A stretch of DNA of 59,540 nt, filler included, from Sphacelaria rigidula (taxonomy: Eukaryota): the NCBI GenBank assembly GCA_964200075.2. It is 10 parts of 10 records of this genome, joined end to end, with 100 filler letters (N's around TTAATTAATTAA, not from the genome) between each part and the next. Parts side by side here need not be neighbours in the genome. Positions count along the whole stretch, not along the records: positions 23,859 to 29,722 come from CAXNAA020023882.1; positions 29,823 to 35,686 come from CAXNAA020023883.1; positions 35,787 to 41,650 come from CAXNAA020023884.1; 7 more parts are not named here. The stretch is one strand, 5' to 3'. Below, in pieces: positions 26,189 through 38,439 of the stretch (position 1 is the first letter of the stretch; each line of letters starts with the position of its first letter). The notes below the pieces were generated by a model that was not told the origin of the DNA, searched no databases, and saw nothing but the letters and a program-made list of their open reading frames with translations. The position numbers and the translations under genes were made by a program.

Positions 26189-27654
26189 CAGCGCCAACTC
26201 ATCTGTTCCGTCTCGTTTTGCTTACTCCCACCCCCACCNNNNNNNNNNTGGGGGAAAAGAAAGGGGGAGGGGTGTGTGGTGGGGGGGGAATTTTCGCGGG
26301 GCAGCAAGAAAACAATTCGGGGGCAACCCCCCCCCCCCCCCCCCCCCCGGTCCGCATCCCTGGGAGTGCAACTAGTTATGAAACGGTTCCCGTGTTCCGG
26401 GTATCACCGATCACCAGGCAGGTATCTTGTACGAATCATGAGGGTATCACAGGTTGTTATCAGAGTTTTGGGTATACCTGATTCGGAATACTCAGGTTTG
26501 TCTGAAGAGGCGATGTACTGACAAAACGGAGTGTACAAATCACCTATGTAAATCCTAGTACAAGCAACCTGGGTCGTACAGATCACCATCCAGCAGACTT
26601 GTACCAATCACAAGAGTCATCCAGATCGTTCATCAAGCGATGTGTACAGAGCAACCGGGGTTTTCAGGTCACTAGCCAAGAAATGTATGCTGGTCAAATG
26701 GGCCATACAGAGAATCGATTCACTCGGAGATCGCAAAGGTCTAAGATTGTGCTCTGTAGGGTATACCTGGAGGTGGGGGATTTTTGGTTGGCATACCAAG
26801 TCGTACAGGATGCGTGTCCCGAATATTACGGTATGGTTCGGCAGGGTATCGCGCTCTGTTCCGAACGATCCGTTATGGTCTGGAAGGATATTTATCGATG
26901 AAGAAAACTTTGTGATGAGTCCCCGATTTTTAGCCGGTATGCCCTACAGAACATCACCTTGCAAATGTTATATGGCTGATCGTCGAGCGCGCTTGCGGGC
27001 GCCACCCTTGCTTCATTAAGGCCGGCAGTGTTAACGTCGGTGACTTTCGCCCGGAACGTTTTAACAGACATGTGTCAATTGAGCATAGAGCCATAGCAGC
27101 TGTTGGTTCCTCCTTCATATAGTCACTGGGGCATCAACTTAATGTCACATGTGCCCGGGTTGTTGCAGTCAACCCACGGTATTGTGAGTATCCACCATGT
27201 ACCACGGTCATACAGGTCAGCAGGTGAGGAATACTCGAATACTATTTCTTCTGTAATGGGTCCGGATCATACGGGTGTGGGAAACTGTTTATTGTATACT
27301 CGATTCAGAGTCCGCAGAAAAGAGGCGGCTTTTGGTAAACATTGAATTCAAATCACACGGGTCGACGAGAAGCTGCTGCGTTTGAATGAACCAATGTATT
27401 CAGATGACAATTATGTGATATAGACATGACGCGGTTCTGCAGATCAGTTCTACATTAAAGTGTTTGAAGCGGGTCACACAGCTCGACGCTCGGCAAATAT
27501 CTGTAGGTCAAACAGGTCGTTTACATCTCCATCGGACAAACGTGCACGGGTGACAGCACACCTCGGACCGGTTATCATGCATGCCCCAAATCAGCCGACC
27601 CGAATCTTTCATAATCTGATCCGTCCGACGTGTGAATATATTATCCCGCGGTAG

Positions 27655-27797
27655 AACCGTCGTAGCAAGCGGTCGGCCGGAGGAAGCGGAGGGCTATGTG
27701 AGACGAGCGCTTCAGATCGAGGAGGCTACCTTGAGTCCACACGATATGCGAATGGCCGATACCATTCACCTGCTGGCGCAGTGTATCAAAAAGGCTG
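27655..27797 (+). CDS. TPR-repeat exon (kinesin-light-chain/NB-ARC-TPR type)
   Basis: SGRPEEAEGYVRRALQIEEATLSPHDMRMADTIHLLAQCIKKAG; TAG acceptor, GTGAGG donor. Confidence 0.85.
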
Positions 27798-28064
27798 GTG
27801 AGGACTGCATTAGACTTTCGAATGTTACCCAATGCTTGCCACTTGCGTCGGCGATGGTTCCCGATGATAGAAAATTTCCGTGGAAATACAGCCACTTGAC
27901 TATTGTAGCCGCTTGTATTCACCTCACAAATAGACTCTTGTTTGCTCAGATCGGTGTGAATCCAACGACCGTGACGTCACCACAAAAAAACGCTGATGAG
28001 TAGGCTGTTGTGGAATCAACACATGGGCTCGTATTCACTCAAGCTAGTTCGCATGTGTGGTCAG

Positions 28065-28144
28065 GACGCCCGTCCGATGCAGCGGAGTACTTCCAGCGAG
28101 TCCTGGAGATCAAGGAGCATGTTTTGGGAAAGGACGACGAGCAG
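28065..28144 (+). CDS. TPR-repeat exon
   Basis: In-phase continuation GRPSDAAEYFQRVLEIKEHVLGKDDEQ; CAG acceptor, GT donor (alternative GTAAGG donor about 29 nt downstream). Confidence 0.8.
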
Positions 28145-28522
28145 GTGCGCGTGCGGGTGGAATTGGGATATAGGTAAGGCCTGAGGTTGACTCAAGATCA
28201 AGCTGGGGCGATAAGGTTGCAAATGGATGCCTCTCCCTGGATGGACTGTGCATTTGCAAGGTCGTGCATCCCCGATGGTGTGAGACACGGACGTTGTGTA
28301 TCACTGGTGATGAGCCAAATCTCGAGATGAACGTTCGAAGCAATAACCAGTGCTGTCTAGGCGTGTCACTGGTGAGCGCGACCGTAGAGCAAGGAGCCGC
28401 TACATGAAAGTGGGCTCCGTAGTAACTTGCTCGGTCAAAGGTCGCGTTCGTTCCTTCGGTTTGCTCTGTGTGAACCAGACCTACCCAATCGAGGAACGAT
28501 TTGACTTTTCTCAGGAGTCATT

Positions 28523-28975
28523 TTGCCAGACTTGGCCCACGAGACGCCCTCGAGCAACGAAGGTGGTACCGTAGCGCCCTCCCCCCCCACACCCTCTCCT
28601 CCTGATCCCTTTAGCATCGCAGGTCGTCCCGCATACCAGCAGCATTCCCTAGTCATCAGTACCCGTATTGCACGCAGGTGCCTCTACACCTGTTGCAGCG
28701 TAGACTTTCCCGGCCGGTCGATCCTACTCGACGCGTTCGGGGGAGATTCGTACCGCCGACTCTGCACTTCCGGGGCCGCTGTATGGGGATGACCCGAAAC
28801 TAGTCGCCCTCGACACCCCCGGTACCTACGCTCCGTGGGTTATGAGCCAAATTATTTTTGTACCCAGGCGGTTTTCGGCGGCTCGTTGTCGTCGTACCCG
28901 CCGGCGGCAGTCCTCTTGCATGTCCTCGTATTACGTTTTCAATGTTATTATTTTCCGCAAGTATTCCCTCCCCAT
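28523..28975 (+). mobile_element. Probable degenerate copia-type LTR with PBS and leader
   Basis: GGTTATGAGCC at about 28838, identical to the PBS at 33624; LTR ends are eroded. Confidence 0.4.
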
Positions 28976-29074
28976 GTGCTCCGTCTCGAAAATGATGCGT
29001 TGTCAATGGTCGAACGACTAAGGCAAGCAACAAACAAAACGTCCCCCAGATATGATGAAAATAAGGAGAAAAGG

Positions 29075-29645
29075 AGCGCTGAGACGCAAGGTAGACGAGG
29101 AAAAACACCTGGAGATAAATATACGGGTGGATCAGAGGAGGGATCGGAACGAAATCATATTCACATGGCCCGATGGACGCTGCGAAAAACATGAAATTGC
29201 AATTTTGGGTGGGGGACCTGGACCTGCCAGGAAGAAGAAAGAGATATACCAGTAGTCAAAAGGAGGAGGAAGTAGATGGACAGAACTGCCTATGTGGCAA
29301 GGGAATAGAGAGCAGAAGTCATGTAGTTGCAGAATGGGAACAAAACAAGGAGGAACGGGACGTGCTAAAGGGGGTAATGCGGGACGTGAACGAAGGTGGC
29401 ATGAAATCGTTTGATGCATTAGACAGTAGGAAGACAACGATGGCTATACTAGGAGATAAATGGTGGCCACAGATGGCGAAACAGGACGGGGACAAGATAT
29501 GTAAAATGGTTTGTGTAATGTATGGAAGGAATGTAATGAGCGCCGGAATGTTGGAGGTGTCTCTATTAGGAGTAGGAACGCTACTCCGTCTCGAAAGGGA
29601 TGCGTGGTCAATGGTCACACGACTAAGGCAAGCAACAAATGAGTC
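29075..29645 (+). mobile_element. 3' end of a non-LTR retrotransposon ORF2 (CCHC-type zinc-finger region)
   Basis: KLQFWVGDLDLP.RRKRY...CLCGKGIESRSHVVAE; 5'-truncated and frameshifted; its last ~65 bp recur four more times in the window. Confidence 0.7.
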
Positions 29646-29822
29646 CCCGCCCCCCCCCCCCCCCCCCCCCCACCCCCCCAGCCCCTCCCTCCCCGCCCGC
29701 GATTGCCGCCGCGCTGCCGGGGNNNNNNNNNNNNNNNNNNNNNNNNNNNNNNNNNNNNNNNNNNNNTTAATTAATTAANNNNNNNNNNNNNNNNNNNNNN
29801 NNNNNNNNNNNNNNNNNNNNNN

Positions 29823-32769
29823 GAAGAGCAATGGCCTCACGTCTAATTCGTGGCGGGGCCACAGCGGCACCTACAGCTTCCACAGCAATACCGCCGGCTC
29901 TGACGGCCACGCCGGGGTTGCCGGCCACTTCAACTACCCCTTTGCCGGTTCAAGCGGCTACCGCCATGCCGGCGGCGGGGGCAAACACGTGGCACCAGCG
30001 CCTTGGACATCCCAACGAGCCCACTATGCAGGCGGCGCGGGACATCGCCGAGACTGGTGTTCAGTTTACCGGCTAGCTGACCTCGTGCGAGGTCTGCCAA
30101 ATCAACAAGGACGTCAGACAGCCGATTCGGAACAAGCCGGCTTCAACCGTCATCTCCGAAAGGCTGCAATTGGTCAGCACGGACCTATTGAGACCCGTGA
30201 CGCCCCCGGCGCGTGGGAATTTCAAGTACATGGCCAAGTACTCCGACCACTACAGCAAATTCAAAGCCGTCTACTTCATTTCCACCAACGACGAAGCACT
30301 CACAACTCTCGTCAAATTTGTGCAAGACTTGGCTATGCTGCTGGGACTCCGAATTCAGCACCTACGGGCCGACGGTGGTGGCGAGTTTATCGCCGGCCAC
30401 TACCGCGAGTACCGCAAGACCACCGCGATCGTCCAACAGTTCAGCTCGCCCAATACGCCGGAGCAAAACGGCCTCAGCGAGCACGACGGGCGCACAATCA
30501 TGGACGTGGCCCGGTGCCTTCTCAACGGCGCAGCCCTGCCAAAGTCCCTCTGGGGGGAAATGGCGGCCACTGCGGGTTTTCTCCTGAACCGCCTGCCGAA
30601 CAAGACTATCGGCGGAAACACCCCCTACTACAGGATGTTCGGCAAGCACGCCGATCTATCCTTCCTGCGCACCATCGGGACGCGCGCCTTCGTCCACCAT
30701 GAGGGGCACCTACGCAAGCTAGATCCTAGGGCGCGCGAAGGAGTTCTCATCGGCTACGACAACGACAAGCCTACAACCGGCGCCCGGGGACAAGATTACA
30801 GCGACGACCCAATTTATGAGGACTTCGCGCTGGACAGCAACAGTGCCGATGACAGTATCGACATCATCAACGACAACACCAACGACCGCTTTTTCAACGG
30901 CATCAGCAATTTGGACGCAGCAGACGACTCGAATGATTCACCGCTCGGCTCTACGCGGCAACTACGATCGGCAACATCCTCATCTCCGAAACCCGCGGCT
31001 ACCGCCACAAGAAAGTTTTCTCCCTCCGGCCTAAACCAAGCGCGGGCGCTGCGCCAGCTGGCGCTTGCCGTGGACTTCGCTGCACGCCAAGAGTCGTAGT
31101 CGCTTATGCAACAAGTGAGTCACTACATCGGCGTTGTGGGGCTACACAAGGTCACTACTCCAGGGGCCATCCCTGTACCCAACACCTTCAAGGAGGCGAT
31201 GGCCTCGCCTCATTCTGCGGAATGGCTGACGGCCGCCCGGAAGGAGCACCAGAGCCTCATGGACCTCCAGGTTTTCGAGTTGGTCCCTCCGGAAGCAGTT
31301 CCTCCAGGCCATAACATCATCGGCTCACGCTGGGTGTTCAACGTTAAAACGGATGGGCGATTCAAAGGCAGAGTCGCCGGAACGGGCTGGTCGCAGAGGC
31401 ACGGCATAGACTGCGGCAGCACGTTTGCGCCGGTCTGCCGGGTCGAGAGTCAACGCCTCCTTCTTGCCATCGCCGCTGCCAACGGATGAAGCGTCTCAGC
31501 CATGGACTTCTCAACAGCATTTCTCACCGGGAAGCTCGAGGAAGAACTCTACACGCGGCAGGCGCCGGGGTTCGAAAAGAAGAACTCGCGGGGGCAACCG
31601 TTCATCATGAAGCTGCACAAGTCCATCTATGGGCTGCGGCAGTCACCAAAAGCATGGAACAGCACCATCGACGGCGATCTGCGAGCACTCGGCTTCGAAC
31701 CGACCGTGACCGACGCGTGCGTATACGTCAAGGGCAGCGGAGACGACTACATCATGCTCACTCTGTACATGGACGACCTCCTCATCACGGGACCCAACTC
31801 AGAAATCGTGGCCAAACTCCGGAAAGCACTCATGGACAAGTTTTCTATGACGGATTTTGGCGACGGCACTGAAATCTTGGGGATCGGCATCATCCAGAAC
31901 AAGCAGCTAGGCACCATCAGCATCAGCCAAGGGCCCTACGTAACGTCGCTACCGCAAAAGTGCGGCATGTCCGACTGCAACGCAGTACACACACCCGGAA
32001 TCGGCAACGAGCTTACCGCGGAGCCCAAAGGCAGCGTACCGCTCGACAAGGATGACACTCTCGACTACCAGAGCATCGTGGGGTCCCTCATCTTCCTGTG
32101 CGAGTTTACCCGCGTGGACATCTGCTTCGCAGTGTCACAGGCGGCACGGTTCATGTGCGAGCCAACCTCAGTACACATGGGGGCCGTGAAACGCATTCTG
32201 CGATGCCTGCGCGGCACCCCTGACATTCGCATCACCTACAGCCGGAACAGCAGCTTCGAGCTCACTGGGTTCTGTGACGCCTTTACGGCACGGGCAACCC
32301 GGAGAAGGCTAGGTCTACATCGGGGAGCATCCACTTCCTTGCTGGGGGTGTCATACACTTCTTGGCTAGCGTTCAGAAAATCTCAGCCCAATTTACCACC
32401 GAAGCGGAGATGATTGCCATGAGCTCTTGCGCAAAACAAGGCATTTACCTGTGTGGCATCCTCGGAGAGATCGGATGGAGGACCTTCCGCAGCGCCCGCA
32501 TATTTTGCGACAACAAGGGCACCCTGCAACTCGCGGGACAAGGATCGTACAGCAGCAGGAGCAAACACCTCGCGATCAGGTTCGCCGACCTTCGCGATTG
32601 GATCACCGACGACAAGATTATCATCGACCACGTCTCCACGAAGGGTCAGCTCAGCGACATCCTCACCAAGTTCCTGGCTAGGCCCCCCTTCACGGAGATG
32701 CTTGCGGCCATCCTCAGGGGACCGGACCTCCAGCAGGGCAAGCTACCACGTCACCACTTTTCAACTTGA
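29823..32769 (+). pseudogene. Copia pol: GAG-pre-integrase, integrase, reverse transcriptase, RNase H (disrupted)
   Basis: WHQRLGH; LRADGGGEF; TPEQNG; RWVF...KGR; KSIYGLRQSPKAWN; LYMDDLL; IFCDNKG; RSKH..IR; DILTK; several in-frame stops and frameshifts. Confidence 0.95.
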
Positions 32770-33078
32770 GGAATTCCACAGCTTTTCTTGGTGGTTCTAC
32801 TTTTTTTGTTTGCTTTTCTTAGATTACCAGGATGGTTTAGCTTGGACTACTTACTTAGCGGACTGTATCAACGGTTTCTTTTTTGTGTATGTAGCGTAAC
32901 GACGGCTGCATTATGAGCATACTTTGTTTTTGCTTCGCCTTTCCTCCTTTTCTTCGGACGGTCAGGACATCGGTAATGATATTTGTCAGCGTACCTGTTC
33001 AACCTTCTCTGTAGAAAGCTTCCATCACGGGGACGCACTTCGTAGCATTCATCGATATAGGCTTCCATCGCGGGGGCG

Positions 33079-33623
33079 TGTGAGGACAACAGATTTTGTT
33101 CCCGTTCTCTTATTTCGATAGTCGCTCATATCGGGTAAATAGCAGTACAACTTCCGCATCCTCAGAGGATTGCAACTGTTCTAACATTGTTAGCGGAGCT
33201 TCCGTCTCTGTCGGGTTAATGTAAAGTTCTAGGATTCTCATTACTTTGTTCTAGAGTTCTGTCGGGTTAATGTAAAGCCGTAGGATTCTCATAAGTAAGA
33301 ATATTCTTATGAGAAGATTGTCATAAGTGAGAATATTCTCATAAGTAAGAAGATTCTTATTAGAAGATTCTCATAAGTAAGAAGATTCTCACAAGTAAGA
33401 ACTTAGGCGTAGCGCATTGATCCGAGGGTGCTTGTGGGTTGCCCCCACACCCTCTCACTCTCTTTTTCTTCTCCACTCTCTTCACTGCGATTCTCGGCCA
33501 CATAAGCGCCGATTTCCAACATCAGTCTTTTCGACAAGCAAATGTGCTTTACCGCCACGTCGTGCTGGCTCTGTGCATCTCCTTGAGATATCACGCCACA
33601 TCAAGAACTACCTCGTTCTTTCA
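33079..33623 (+). repeat. LTR (545 bp, TG...CA) with an internal ~18-bp tandem array
   Basis: Preceded by PPT GCGGGGGCG and followed by the PBS; ATTCTCATAAGTAAGAAG repeats at about 33285-33400. Confidence 0.85.
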
Positions 33624-33634
33624 GGTTATGAGCC
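33624..33634 (+). promoter_or_regulatory. Primer-binding site, half-tRNA-iMet type
   Basis: GGTTATGAGCC directly after the LTR's terminal CA, instead of the usual TGG. Confidence 0.8.
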
Positions 33635-33812
33635 TCGATCGTGATCAGCACACCGCATCGACTTTCTTCTAGGTCCGTCACTTCAAGCCGCATCCTCCGA
33701 GGGAGCACCTCCGAGGACCACCGCAATTCTCCGGAGATTTTCGTCTAGAATAATTTCGACGAGATATCATCTCCATCTTCGACTACTTCTAGTTCAACCG
33801 CCAGTGCCTATC

Positions 33813-35686
33813 ATGGGAGAGTCCACTTCGGCGGCTATTCAACTCATCAGGAGTATCAGCAAGTTCGATGGTCACCACTTCGTGCCGTGGCGGAGGACAC
33901 TCCGCGCAACGGCTGACCTTCTTCATCCCGAAATTTCTCGGATTCTGGACGGCGAGCCTCGACCCGCCGTCACCTACGAGCGCAGGACTCTGCAGAGGAC
34001 TGCGACCACCCCAGCCGTCTCAACCCGCAGGACGAGAGGCTCAGGGGGCGACACCGGCGCCAGCGCTGACTCCGGGAGGACCGGAGGAACCGAGGCCAGC
34101 GGAGCTGAGGGCGGCCTGCCCGGCGGGCGCTCCGCGGAAATTCCCGCGTCAACAGTCCCTACCGATGACCTGTTCGCCGATACGACGATCAGCAACGAAA
34201 CAGATCTGGACGCTTGGGATGGTTACAACAGGCAGCTCTTCAGCGTCCTCCTGCTGTCCACCAAGGGAGCGGCCAACAGCTTCGTCAGTAGCCTTGCCGC
34301 GCGCGAGGGCCAAAAGCCAAACGGCCAAGCTGCGTGGATTGCTCTGAACAAGAAATACCTCAATTCTTCGTCACAAAGACGGCGCGTTTTGATGCGGGGT
34401 CTCCAGCAACATCTTATGGCGCCCAATCAAGACCCCGACGAGTACATCCTGGCCATGCATCAAAAGCGGGACGAGCTCAAATAGATCAACGAGCCCGTAT
34501 CGGACGCCCGCATGCAGGACCTCATTCTCGAGGGCTTGACTGGTGAATACGAGACAATTCGCTTTGCGGCGGAGAGGGACCCCGAGATGACGCTCGAAGA
34601 GATCGAAACCACTGCTCGGAACATGTTCGCCAATCCTGTGGCGCGCGGCGAATTGTCGGCGCCATCACGCATAAAAGGGCGCGAGTCCGCTATGACTGCG
34701 ACTCCATCGTTTCGGGCACGTGCGATTACTGCAACAAGCCTGGACACAACAAATCGTCCTATTTCATCCTGCAACGCGATCGCGACGGAGAAGCAACTGG
34801 TGGTGCAGCTACCACAAAACGCATCTCCACGACAACGCCGACTGCATGAAGCAGCAACGGCAAAGGAACGGCGGCTCCAACGGGACCGACGGAGCCGGTC
34901 GCAACGGCGGCGGCAGCAACGGCGGCGGAGGCCGGAATAACAACAACAACAACGGCGGCGGCGGCAGCAGCAACGGCGGCGGAAGCCGGAACCGCAGCAA
35001 CAACAACGGACGCCGGAGTGGCGGAGAATCGACGTCAGGACAGGCCAACACGGCTGTCACCGTGGACTCTACCACTACAGCAACAGCTCCACCCCCGGCT
35101 CACCTCCAGCGGCAGCGGCTACGCCCGCGCCGTCAGCGACGACTACACCATATAACAACCTATCTACCGCTCCCCCGTCCGGCATTGGCTACTCTTTCCT
35201 GGCAGCCAGCTCTCCTACTCCAGACCCAGTCCAGTTAACCATGACGTCGGACTGCGGAGCTTCGTCACACTTCGTTGACAACCACCTTTTCAAGGACATT
35301 GAATCGCGCATGTCCGACTTCGTCCGGCTCGACTCGCCGGTGACGATCGTCGTCGCCGGCACTCTCGCCGGAGTCAGCATGGGCACTCTCACCGTGAGCG
35401 CCATCGACGACCGCGGCACGGCCCACGACATCTACCTGCCGGCCATGAACGTGCCGGGGCTAGGGCGTCACCTGTTCTCGGGAGGTACGCAGCACTCAAG
35501 GGGGTTAACACGGTTGTCGCCAAGCAGTCGTACTTGGACGTCGGACCGTTCAAGATTCCACTTCGAAAAGACATCGACTGTCCCACTATCGAATATGTCG
35601 ATCTCAAGCTAGCCACTACCATCAAGACCCGTGCGGAGGCAGCCTTTCCAACTAGAGTTATCTCTGGACATACTCTTCCGATCGGA
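33813..35686 (+). pseudogene. Copia gag and protease (disrupted)
   Basis: KFDG..F..W; CDYCNKPGH zinc knuckle; WCSYHKTHLHDNADC; protease DCGASSHF; stop at 34482 and frameshifts. Confidence 0.9.
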
Positions 35687-36624
35687 NNNNNNNNNNNNNN
35701 NNNNNNNNNNNNNNNNNNNNNNNNNNNNNNTTAATTAATTAANNNNNNNNNNNNNNNNNNNNNNNNNNNNNNNNNNNNNNNNNNNNGAGCTTTCAACAGG
35801 ATGCGGCGACCGGCGGGCCGCCCGCACTTGTGGCCTTGGATGATAATAATGTCCCCATCACCTTGCCACACAGCCCTTTGTGGTTGGGGTGGGCCGCCAT
35901 TTCCCACTTTGTTGCATGCAACAAATTCTTTTCAAAGGGTATTGGCGTCGCGGCGCACATACATACAGTACAGTGCAGTGCAGTGCAGTGCAGTGCAGTA
36001 CGCCTCTCCGACTGCAGCAGCAGCTGCCGCTGCACACTCCCTTGCAAGTTCTGGGCAGTTATCAGCGACGATATCAGCTGCCTATACACAGCTTGTTCAT
36101 CCTCGCCCACTACATACATGTTGACAGTGCTCTGCAAGTCATCGGCAGAGGGATAGGCAGAATTCATGGCGGTAGCTTATTTCGTCTTTCCAAGGCCCAC
36201 CTGGGTTTAGTGCCTCGTGAAAATGACCATATTGTGACATGTACACTCCTTCCCGGTTTTCCTACGCCATTCTGTGTTAGTGTAATTACTACCTGGTACG
36301 TTTTAGTGTAGACTGGCGACCCATAAAAACTCCTGGGAAACCCCGGGAACGCTAGAATAAATGCAAGTAATACGATAAGCCATGCTCCGAGCACCCTGGC
36401 TTTAGAAACCTGGGGAGGCTCATCTGGGCCAGGGATAGGGCCCCCACACTATATTTGCAGTGATATCACACTCGCCAACAGTCCCCGCGCTGGTCGTTCG
36501 GGTCTGGTCGATAAATTCCGCCTCGCCGTGATTGGGCAGGTCGCTCCCTGACTTATTTTTTTATTATTTCACTCACACATGGTCAACCTTGTGTTAGTGA
36601 GGGGTCGGTCCCATGCAAAGGGTT

Positions 36625-36925
36625 AATAGGGCGAGCACTTGAGTCATTGCTCGTTGTGGAAAAAAATAATAGGGCGAGCACTAGAGTCATTGCTCGTTGT
36701 GGAAAAATATTGATAGAGCGAGCACTCGAGTCATTTCTCGTTGTGGAAAAAATAATAGGGCGAGCACTCGGGTCATCGCTCGTGGTGAAAACAAAATATT
36801 AGGGCGAGCACTTGAGTCATTGCTCGTTGTGGAAAAAATTAATAGGACGAGCACTCGAGTCATTGATGACAGTTGTAAAAAAAAGCAATGACTCGAGCAC
36901 ACGAGTCATTGCTCGTTGTGTATTC
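36625..36925 (+). repeat. Minisatellite-like array, about 7 units of 42-45 bp
   Basis: TAGGGCGAGCACTCGAGTCATTGCTCGTTGTGGAAAAA repeated. Confidence 0.9.
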
Positions 36926-38439
36926 AAAAAACATCCACGAGTGCACTCGTTTCGACGAGTAATGGCTCGTCCGACGTGTGCAAATCTAGCAAGGCATGAT
37001 AAAATGTTGCTACTTTGCCTACAGGCGATGGCTACCGTGCGCTCGTGTGCTTAAATGTGTGTGAGAGTGGCCGACATCCGAGGCCATTGGGACAGAGCGG
37101 GCAAGGAGCAGAAACAAATACACGAACGTCGCAAAGCTCACGAGACTCTCCTGTTTTCGTCAGTGTTTCTCGATCATTTTCTCCAACAATATTTGACAAA
37201 AAATCACCAAAATCATGACAATTTACGAAACAAATTGCCCAGGGGCAGGCAGGGGGCAGGGGACGGGGGACCCTCGGGGGGTGTCACAAGTGTTCAAAAC
37301 TTTTCTCCCGGCAGACTATTGATTATGTAGTGTTTTTTCATCAGCATACGTTTCTGTCGTGTAGTGCTGTCCCTTTCTTGGCCTGCACAAGTCCGCCGCT
37401 CGGTAAAAACATGCCCTCTGCGCTGGTAACCCCTGGAATTAGAAATTGTTTCAGCTCTGCGCTGAAGTGAACCCCATGATTGAATCCCCGCACTATTGTG
37501 TAAATGCCAGCACTTAGCCCGCATACCAAACCGTTGCCCTTTTGGTCAGCAAACTTTAATTTTGTATTTCTTCAACGCGGCTGGAGTAGCCGCCGTGAAC
37601 ATTGGCGCACTACTCGGACACAACGCAGGCAAAATGTGCATCACTCGGCGGCAAGTTTGGGCCGTGCTACCGTTTTCGTGCCTTTTCACGAGAACACCAC
37701 ACTTGAAAGTGTTTTTTTTACTGGAAAAAGCGGTTTCAAGCATCCTTGTGCGGCATATCACTCTGCTCTCTCAACTTTCAGTGCGAAGTTGTAAGGCTGG
37801 TGTTGATCAGTCGATATGTTCACTATCGTTTTCATGCAGTCTAACGTCTTTCTGGCTGTTGTATTACCCCGCGCCACGAAAATACAGGGGTTTGACAGCG
37901 GGTCGCCGCGGCACAGGTACAACGAAATACCACGTATTCTACTATGGTATAATGGTGAGATTGTTGTTGCGGGTTCTCACCATGTTTTGACTCGCAAAAC
38001 CTGTTGTTTTCTGTGCCCCTTTTGACTCTACATGTCACGCGTCCCATCCTCTCGAACAACATACGGACTTCGCCGATGAACTCTGCCGGCAGCAGTCATG
38101 GGTAGCATGCCTCACTTCTTCGAATGATATCGTAAGCACTTGTTTGAGTAAAAACAACTGCACGCATGGCAGTTAGTTCTGTATTCCTTGGCCTGTGGTG
38201 GTTCGGTGCCGTTCTCGTTTGAGTAACGTGAGGTTTTGAGGTTTTATTTCCATGCCAAAGTACCGAAGTCATCGTCCGGCAATGGCGACTGCTGTTCGCG
38301 GGACCCCTGGAAAAAAAGCGGACGGACGACTACCGAAGCGAATAGTATCGGAACACTAGTGGGCGTACTCATTCGTTGCTTGCCTTAGTCGTTTGATCAT
38401 TGACCACGCACCCCTTTCGAGACGGAGCACCGTGTGGGG

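Larger units (their letters stand above)
29823..35686 (+). mobile_element. Ty1/copia LTR retrotransposon, degenerate, in circularly permuted order (INT-RT-RH, LTR, gag-PR)
   Basis: All copia domains present around one internal LTR; the contig end joins the contig start in frame. Confidence 0.95.

Noticed and set aside
26147..26350. Poly-Pro/poly-Gly ORFs (also 46690-46740 and 47525-47550) and (CA)n/(TA)n-derived ORFs
   Set aside because: Homopolymer or microsatellite runs near gaps; low-complexity or sequencing artefacts
36625..36925. CRISPR-like array
   Set aside because: No unique spacers between repeats, no cas genes, eukaryotic context
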